From the NCBI RefSeq assembly GCF_009914755.1, contig NC_060929.1: 64,000 nucleotides of DNA, one strand, 5' to 3'. Below, piece after piece: positions 53,906-64,000 of the stretch. The notes beneath the pieces are model-generated. The model was not told where the DNA came from. It saw nothing but the letters and a program-made list of their open reading frames with translations, and did not search any database. Each line of letters opens with the position of its first letter. Within the stretch, counting starts at the first letter, position 1. This stretch comes from the human T2T-CHM13v2.0 reference genome, Homo sapiens. A program made the position numbers and the translations under genes.

Positions 53906-56019
53906 GATTCAGCTAGACAGTAACATGATACAGCACTTCATTACAATCACCATTATTATTTCATCTTTTCTTTAAATGGAATTCATATTCATTTTAAGGG
54001 AAATTATTAGTAGCAGTGCAACTATAATTGTTAAGTAACAACTTTGATATTTTTCATACTTCAGTAAGTGAGGAGTAATTGTATACTGTCTTAAATTAAA
54101 TGTTTTATCAGTTGAAGAATGATATACATAAAACCTTTCCATTTTCATGAAGCGTAAAGGTTCAAGCTGAAAGTATTCTGTCATTCTTCATGTCTTCAGG
54201 AAACACTTCCCTTTCCTAATCTCTGAAAGGACTGTCATACAGAAAATAGCCCAGACACTTGCATGTCATGTCTGCCATTTTTAATTATTACCAATCAAGT
54301 TCCAGCAATTTCTCCTATGGTTAAGCATGTGTGTACCTATCTTCTAAAATATTTCTATATGCCACTGTTCATAAAATATTTTAGGCTGAAGCAAAATCCC
54401 TTGCACTAAATTAATAACTAATCACAGGAGATATTTATCATCTCAAGTCTTTTACAAGAAAATTGTCAGATTTAATCACCTTTCTCATATTTTCACTATT
54501 TACTGGGCTTCATTTATCACACATTTTTAAATTTTGACAACAATGAGTTATTTTAATTGCCACTTTTGGTTTGGTGAATTAAGAATAAGACAACTCCTGG
54601 GAGAAGTGGGAGATGGTATAAATTTGTCCAAGCAGTCAATAAGGTATCATCATTTTCATCAATAAATGAAGATTTTCTTCATTGTTGGCAATTTTAAAAC
54701 AGATCTGAGACTAGGATGTCCCTAAATCCATGGGCTTATAACGCCGTATTCATCATCATATAAAATGTATCTCATTCTTTCCTATAATTTAAAAACAAAT
54801 TATGATTTCATAACAAGGAAATATGTTTAAATACTGCAAGCTAAATGCGTACCTCTGTTTACTCATCTTTTTATGGCCTGAAAAACACAAAAGCAGTTGC
54901 AGCATTTAGAGTAGCACATCCAGAAATATCCGTAATATGATTCTATGGGAGCTCTTAATTACTACTATTTGTATTTGTAGAAATGTTCACTTATGCACTA
55001 TTGCTCACTAGGAACCAAAGACAACACAGAAATTAAAAATTACCATTACATGTTAGGACCATAATAAATATTCACATTATTCTATTAGACAAAATAATGT
55101 CAACATGGAGAATCAATAAGCCAAAATCACCCACATCAAATTCAGTCCCATCTCATCTCTTGAAGTTAAAAGTCAAAGCAGGCTGAAATATATACATATC
55201 ATATAGATTTTTCCTTTAAAGTGATTTTACTAGGTTAAATACTCTGGTGTTACATAGTAAGTAGTATTTCCTTAAAAATGATATTAAATAACTATAAGTA
55301 CTAAAAGAATCAATATCAGAACTAATATTTAATACTACTACCTACCAAACAACTGAAAAAGTTTATTTAAATTTGAATGCACTAAGAACTTCATCTGAGG
55401 ATAAATGCACAAATAATTTTACCAGAAAAACTTTGCCTGTTGTAGCAAAATATCATCAATTATTTGAAAAAACCCACATACTTAAAAAAGTAGAGATTAA
55501 TTTTGCCAATTATTTCTTGCCAAAGGTACTGAACCATTTGATGAAGATAACTTTCTTCTTTTTAATTGAAAGACAACTTATTCAAAGTATTAGAACCAGT
55601 AGTCTCCTTTAATCTGCAATGGTTAAGTATTCGCTACAACCTACAAGGAAGCATTTACAGATAGTGACACATTTGTAAAAATAATTGTGCATCATTATAA
55701 GTTAAATAAATACCTATTCAAAATTCATTAGTGAAATTCTTTTTCAGACCAACTATGAGTCATGTGTAGTACAAAACACAAAAATGGGCAAAATTTTCTA
55801 CTTTTCCTCAAGAAACATCATAAGAAATGAAGAGTATTTACAAATGGGGTTAATTGGAAAAATTACTTTTTACCAAAAATAAGCTGTTTTTTAAAATATC
55901 CACAACTTGATATATGCAGTAAAATATTCAAACATGTCACCTTTTAGATATCCCATAGGGAAAAGCAAAGGTACCATTCTAACCATGTTCAGAATGATCA
56001 ACCATGTCTGATGTCTGAG

Positions 56020-56167
56020 GTCGGATGACCATTTAATTTATCATTTAAATTAAATATTCTGGAACTTAGGAACAGCAGCAGCACAAATACTAAACCCGAC
56101 AGAATGCCAAAACAACAGGCATGGGTTGGAACTATCCTGGTCAAATCAGGATATATGGTCACTCTAG
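56020..56167. mobile_element. hAT-Blackjack MITE (MER81/MER94-like)
   Basis: Inverted termini gatgaccattta and tatatggtcactcta; acaacaggcat core. Confidence 0.75.
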
Positions 56168-56204
56168 GTCTGAAGCAGAATAAGGACATGGAAGACAGTG
56201 AGCC

Positions 56205-56420
56205 CTTCATGGTAGGAGCTTGAACTCTGAAGACCACAAAAATGGGTTCCAGTCTTGGTTCCTCTAGTTGTGAACTATTCAACGTGTCTGGGCCTTAATT
56301 CCTTTGTTTGAAAATAGGGATAATTCCTTCCTCAGGGTTGTTGTAGAGATTAAATAAAACAATGTGTATAAACAGAACAGTGTCTGGAACACAGTATAAT
56401 TAAGTGGTAACTATTATTAG
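56205..56420 (+). mobile_element. MIR
   Basis: ctgggccttaattcc...ctcagggttgttgtagagattaaat...agaacagtgtctggaacacagta. Confidence 0.88.
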
Positions 56421-56455
56421 CTATTGCTATTATCCTTGCTCCAGAAAAAAAAAAT

Positions 56456-56456
56456 G

Positions 56457-56489
<33 letters not shown>
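56456..56489. repeat. (TA)n(CA)n microsatellite
   Basis: Directly visible. Confidence 0.95.
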
Positions 56490-56493
<4 letters not shown>

Positions 56494-56580
56494 ACCTCAC
56501 TAGCACTACATGGCCAATCATGGTTTTAGAAAGAAGGTCTAATGGATAGAAGAACAGAAAAGGCATGGTTTCGTATCTTA

Positions 56581-56890
56581 TTTTTTTTGAGACAGGGTCT
56601 TCCTCTGTCACCCAGACTGGAGAGCAGTGGCACGATCACAGCTCACTGCAATCTCTGCCTCCCAGTCTCAAGCAATCTTCCCAGTCTCGAGCTATCCTCC
56701 CAGCTCAGCCTCCTCAGTAGCTGGGTCAACAGGCACGTGCCATCATGCCCGGCTATTTTTTAAAAATTTTTTTATAAAGACGGGGTTTCACCATGTTGCC
56801 CAGGCTGGTCTTGAACTCCTGAGCTCAAGTAGTCCACCCTCCTTGGCCTCCCAAAGTGCTGAGATAAGAGGTGAGCCACCATGCCTGGCC
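56581..56890 (-). mobile_element. Alu SINE, AluJ-like, with short internal duplication
   Basis: Reverse dimer; tcccagtctc occurs twice near 56660-56690. Confidence 0.94.
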
Positions 56891-58544
56891 TCATGATTTT
56901 TTAAAGATAGTTTGGAAGCCCGGAATAATAGTTACTCCAATATCAAACTATCTTTCTAGGGATGGTCTTACACATAATTGTGAATATGTGAATACAAAAA
57001 AATAGTGTCAAAAATATGCTTACCTCAAACTAACGTCACTAGTTTAGAAAGACTCCATTCTGTTTCTATAATCCTCTCAGAACTCAGTAAAATATATTTC
57101 ATTATTCTTTTTGCAAAAATACAAATAATGTCATAGACAATACACAAAACTATTCAGTGGATTGCAGAAATAAGCTAAAATTCAGTTTTACTAAAGCTTC
57201 ACCTAACCAGGCACATTATTAGGCACCAATAAGTATGCAGACAGATTGCTCTGCATTCTATAGAGGCAAGGCGGTGCTGCTATAAATACCACCCCCAAGC
57301 AGCTTCAACAGTCAGCATTATTTTTGCCACCTCTTTATTTCCAAGTTTTCAGGCTTTTATGATAGAAAATTGCTCAAACTTCACACTCAATACTCCAAGG
57401 TGAAAAGTATTTCTCTCCTCCACACCACTTAACTTTAAAAGAAAACAAAATATTCTCAAACTCAAATTCAACTCTGCCTGCTGGATTTAATGGATAGGTT
57501 TGTTCCCCTTGGGCAATCTTTAAACCTCAGTCTCTAGGAGAATTAAGTAATATTAGGGGATTGAAATGAAATAAAATTCTAAGTCCACTGTGACATGACA
57601 TTCACAGGAAGATGGTAGATTATCTATCCAGACCTTGAACACTTATAAATACAATATATAGCATATGTTCACAAAACAATTCTTGGAAATAAAACACAAT
57701 GGGCACTCAGCAAATATTTTATATCACCAACACCTGCTCAAATCCTCTCTGAACTTTATTTCTAAATATCACCGTTTTTTATTGAATCAACGGAAATTTG
57801 AAAGAAGAAACAGAATAAACATCCAGAGAAGATCAGGGGAGTTAGAAAAATCTTTATATAAAGCCACGTTGAGTTTTACATGAGCCAAGGTGCTGTCAGT
57901 CTCACTGAAAGGGGTGGTGGAGTAATCTGTCACTCTACAACTTTCACCTCAATATACCTAAAAAAACAAAAGAGGGCTTTTTCTATACAAAAATAAAAAA
58001 AGAGACAGAGAGAATAGTATTAAGATTTTTTCTTAATATTGAAAACAAAGGAATCATGAACCAAACACTAAACATTGCCAATGAATTCATTTTAAAATAA
58101 GCAACTTCAAATTATAGGTGTGGAGTTTGAGGGACTTTAATAAACTAGTCCAACCCTCCTTATAATTCAGGAAACTCCTTTACAGCACTCTGTTTGAACA
58201 CTAACAAAGAGTGCATTCTCTATTTTGGAAGGCAGACAATGAAAATCAAGGTTTTAACTTATTTTAAGCTGCATTCTGTCTCCGTCTATAACTTCCACCT
58301 GTTGACTAACATGCCAGTGCCTGAAATAGTAAATAACTAATTTAGGTAGACTAATGAACTATTATTTTTTAATATATTTTACCAGACTCAATTTAAAAAG
58401 AACCATATGATTTAAATATGAAATATCTAAAATTCTCTCCATCTCAATTTTAAGGAAGGATAATTCAGTTTGGTGGGAAGAGTGGATAAATGGAAAGGGG
58501 GCCAAAGAGAACAGTCCATTCATCATCCTGGAAAGAATGTTGAC

Positions 58545-58735
58545 ATAAGAAAATGCGGGCCTAGTATTCTTGGGTCCACAACTTTTCCAAAAGCCTGAAT
58601 TCAGAATATTTATGTGAACTATACCAATTTTTAAAGTGCTGGCAACTAATTCAAAATTTTTAAATACTGTATATGCCAAACAAAACAGCTTTGTGGACTA
58701 GACTCAGCTGTGGCCCAGAAGTTTGCAACTTCAAA
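58545..58735 (+). mobile_element. MER103C-like hAT-Charlie fragment
   Basis: ggcaactaattcaaaattt...gccaaacaaaaca...agtttgcaac. Confidence 0.75.
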
Positions 58736-58743
58736 TGGTCTTA

Positions 58744-59064
<321 letters not shown>

Positions 59065-61579
59065 AAAGAGAAATATCTATAGGTACTATTTTAACCTCTA
59101 GTACATAAAAAATAAAATAGCAATATTTTGTAGATCTTATTTTTTACTTGAAAGAAACTGGATAACAGTCTAAGATTTAAAATTCTCCAAATTTTAGAGT
59201 GTGCACTGATGCAATAGCTTCCCTTACATAAATACAAGATTCACACAGCAAATCATGGCAATATAATTGATATTGACAACAACCCTGGCCTTTGTTATGC
59301 TTTGTGACTTTAGCTACCGGATGTTAGATAATCTTATTTATCTTGTATTATTTTTCTATATTGTTCTCCTAATTCATGAGCATGCATGGTCAACTGTCAA
59401 AGAAAGGCTCATATATTTGATAATCCCCATTATCAAATATATGATTTGATACATCATAGGATTAAATAAACTAAGTTCATTTTCAGGACCAATGTTAAAA
59501 ATTGAAATGGAGAGATTACCTTTGATAGTTTAAAAACTGAAAACAGCTTTTGTAAAGATCTATTAAAATCAATTAGATTCTATTTAATTCTTATTAACAA
59601 AAAAAGAATAAAAGAACCATTATAAGTATATTGCTATAACAATGCTCAGACCAGTTTTTTACACATCAGCTGTTACACCCAAAACATGCTGCTTCTGGAC
59701 TCCGCGTCAAACATATAAAAATGTTGTAGACCAAATTGGATGTGAAATAATAAAGACTGATATAAATACAAAAAAATTTCAATAAACTTAGAATCAGGGA
59801 GTGGATGAGACGTAATAACCAGATGTTTAATTTAAATCACTGATAGAAATAGTCAGTGTCCTCTTTTCATAAAACACTTGGATGTTATTTGTATTCAAAA
59901 GCAATGGTAAATGTCAAATGACTACTAGATCATCCTTCTGAATACAAGAAAATATCATGCTGTTTAACTCTCTAAACACAAAAAGTGCTTTTGGAAAAAC
60001 AAAGATAAAGAGCAGCATGTCTTAGTCACAGAGATCAATTCAAGGACCAGAAAATGCTAACAGACACCATAAAGTATAACAGTAAAGTCTTTCAATTACT
60101 ACATATTTTACAATTTTGAACTTAAAAAGTTCACAGATAAGAATTATTAAAACCTACGATAAATGTTATATATAAAGGACTGTGACAAGTACTGAAATTT
60201 ATCTTAATGTGAGAAATCCTTTATTAAAACTAGCAACATTCAGGATAAATCTTTGTAATAGGTATTGTATATAAATTAATATCTAAAAGTTCCATTATAC
60301 TTTCAATATGAGAGAAAATAATGAGCTTAGTTAAAAAATTAAGAATTTTATATATAAATGTCAATCGTATGTGAATCCCAGCTATGACGCGGAAAATTGA
60401 CTGATTAGCCATTCACTTTTTCTTGTTTAGAGTTTTTACTGCAATGATGATGGAAAAATACATCCACTGAAAAGCCAAAGAAAGTCAAAGAAATGGTCTA
60501 AATTTAATAGAAATAGTATGACCTTCCCCTGAACAAAAGACGTTGAAGAGATTAAATGAGAACACGTGTAAAGTGCCTATCAATTACCTGAGTAATAAAG
60601 GTTACTTTCGTCCCCTCGATCCTTACAAGGCTCACTATTATCATTAAGTCTTATGTCACCTAAAGAGAGTGACCTTTGAGAACAGCAGGAACTCAGTGCC
60701 CCACAGTCTGAGACACAGTAGCAAGTATTTAGTAGGGGGCTAATAAATGCTTTCTGATTTACTGGAGGATAATAATAATGAACGAATGTAAAACAGAATT
60801 AATTGATAGGCTAAACGCATTAGTGCATTCCAGTGCCCTCTATATGGAAGGTTACTAACCCATCTCAGCTAAGTGCTGAAATTATAATTAAGTCTGATGG
60901 GAAGTTCTAGATTTATACCAATATAACTACAAATATTACTTAGCTTAGTAATATGGCATGGCAAGAACAATGAGATGAGTAATTTAGATGATACTGCAAA
61001 GTGGGTTTTAATGTTTGAAACTTCTATTACAGTATACAGGATAAGTGCAAGTAGTGTAATTAAAACCTAAAAGAGCTTGATCTTTAAAACTCTATTGCTC
61101 AACCTCATTAAAATGCATGTTTTCTTAATTAATCCAAACTTTTCCATTAAAAACATAAAAATACACTTTCATTTCTTGCAAATAAATCTCTACAATACAT
61201 ATATTTAGGATCAAACACCAAATAACCATTAGTTAAGTAGGAAAAAAATGACTGAAATAGCACAAGGTTTGAGTACATGAAGCCTAACAAAGGGAAGGAA
61301 AGGCAAAGTGAGAGCTCTCGACATTTTCATTTGTAAATTACCCAGCTACAACAAAATAAGCATTTAAAGAACTAGAAGATTAGAAATCCACTCTCCCATC
61401 TGTAATTAAATGATACAAACCTAAGCAAAATATTTACTTAGATAACTCATACAACGAAGTATAGACCGTATCTTATTTATCAATTATAGTATCTCCCATT
61501 AAATGACTCTTCTACACATGTCCTGTATACAGAAAATTGTTGTGGAATATAATCACCTTATTGCAGAAACAGTTTTCTA

Positions 61580-61882
<303 letters not shown>

Positions 61883-62104
61883 CAGTTTTCTACTTTTAAT
61901 TCAATGCATTACCGAGAAATTTACTGTAATATATTAAACTAATGTTAGATATTTAAAACCACAAGATAGTATTTATGTACTTCATTATTTGTTATGAATA
62001 GCTTTTTAAAGATTACTTTAAATTTTCTATATAGGATGTTGATTATAGAGAAGAATTTTACTTTGTAAACTTTGTTTTCAGGAAAGTTAATTTATTTGAA
62101 TTTT

Positions 62105-62415
62105 CTTTTTCTTAAATGTTTCAATTTCAGTAACTTTAGGGGCACAAGTAGTTTTGGTTACATGGATGAATTCTACAGTGGTGAGGTATAGGATTTTGGT
62201 GCGCCCATCCCCTGAATAGTGCACATTGTACCCCATAGGCAGTTTTTATCCCTCGCCCCCTCCGAGCCTCCTCACTTGGAGTTCCCATGTCCATTATACC
62301 ACTCTATATGCCTTTGCGCACCAGTAGTTCAATGCCCACTCGTAAGTGAGACATATGGTATTTGGTTTTTGATTCCTGAGTTACTTCACTTAGAATAATG
62401 ACCTCCAGTTCCATT
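62105..62415 (-). mobile_element. L1PB-like 3' end
   Basis: tttggttacatggatgaatt...cattgtaccc...ttcctgagttacttcacttagaataatgacctccagttccat. Confidence 0.9.
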
Positions 62416-62675
62416 TTCTTTAGATATTGATATATTTCATATGGTGAATATTATTCAAAAACAAGAGAGAATTTTTATAAATGGTGATCACATACCCATT
62501 CTAGAGGAGTACATTTTTCAAGAAAAATTTTACTAAGAAAGAGTGAAGTCAAGGCTATCACATAAAGAGTAATTCAGGGTAATTTAAGAAAATGTCACTA
62601 GAATTTACCAAAATTGGGGAAAATGGAGTCTACATGGTTTTATTTTAAGGTATAAAAGGAAATTTAAAAAGGGGA

Positions 62676-63315
<640 letters not shown>

Positions 63316-63762
63316 AGGGAAAATATCTTAAATTTAAAGCATTATCTGACACAAATTATTTCTCCTATTTTTAAAAGAATATTTAAATCTAAACAGGTTC
63401 TAATTTTAGCTGAAATAGTGCTTTCTATTTTGAAAGGAAAATATTTTTGGAAACTTATCTTTTAAAACAAAATTCTTGGAAACTTACTGGGCAAGAATCC
63501 TCTCATGCTCATATTTACAAATCTACCTAATCAGTAGTGCTAGCGCTACTCTGTTGTTTTCATTATAATAGTCTACTTTTAAGGGTTTTCCTGTATTTTT
63601 TTCTTCCTTCCTGCAATATTTCAAAGAAAAATGGGTTAATCATTATTCGTAAGAAAAAACTTCTGATTCTATACTGTATATTAAGCTATTCATCACGTGA
63701 CTTCCATTTCTGAAACAAATTACATATATATATACTGAGAAAAAAATGTCATCCTTAGGTGC

Positions 63763-64000
63763 TGATATGGTTTGGATTTGTGTTCCCAGCCAAATCTCAT
63801 GTCAAATTGTAATCCCAATGTTGGAGGAAGGGCCTGTTTGGAGGTGATTGGATCATGGGGGCAGATTTACCCCTTGCTGTTCTCCTGATAATGAGTTCGC
63901 ACAAGAACTGGATGTCTAAAAATGTGTAGTACCTCCCACTTCACTCTTTTCCTTCCTTCTCTAGCCATGTAAGAGGTATCTGCTTTTTGCCATGCTTGTC
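63763..64000 (+). mobile_element. MSTA-like MaLR LTR, truncated by the window end
   Basis: tgatatggtttggatttgtg...aaatctcatgtcaaattgtaatccc...gaggtgattggatcatggggg. Confidence 0.92.

Overview
AT-rich, CpG-depleted primate genomic DNA, most likely human or great ape given the AluY-like and young L1PA elements. It reads as the interior of a very large intron or a gene-poor region. The + strand looks A/C-rich by eye, which suggests a host transcript on the - strand, but I could not identify the host gene or find a convincing constitutive coding exon. The supplied ORFs are Alu, LTR or microsatellite artefacts or chance ORFs. Supported features are about 19 Alu elements, L1/L2/MIR remnants, MaLR LTRs (THE1, MST, MLT1), hAT DNA-transposon fossils (MER1B, MER53, MER81/94, MER103) and simple repeats. 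Most worth follow-up: several locally templated duplications including a perfect 64-bp non-tandem copy, a 96-bp perfect AT-rich palindrome, an inverted Alu inside an Alu, candidate cryptic or poison micro-exons on the - strand, and motif-dense non-repeat blocks resembling enhancers, a promoter or a CTCF site. I see no evidence of a novel protein-coding system. Repeat subfamilies were assigned from recalled consensus sequences, and boundaries of old elements are approximate.
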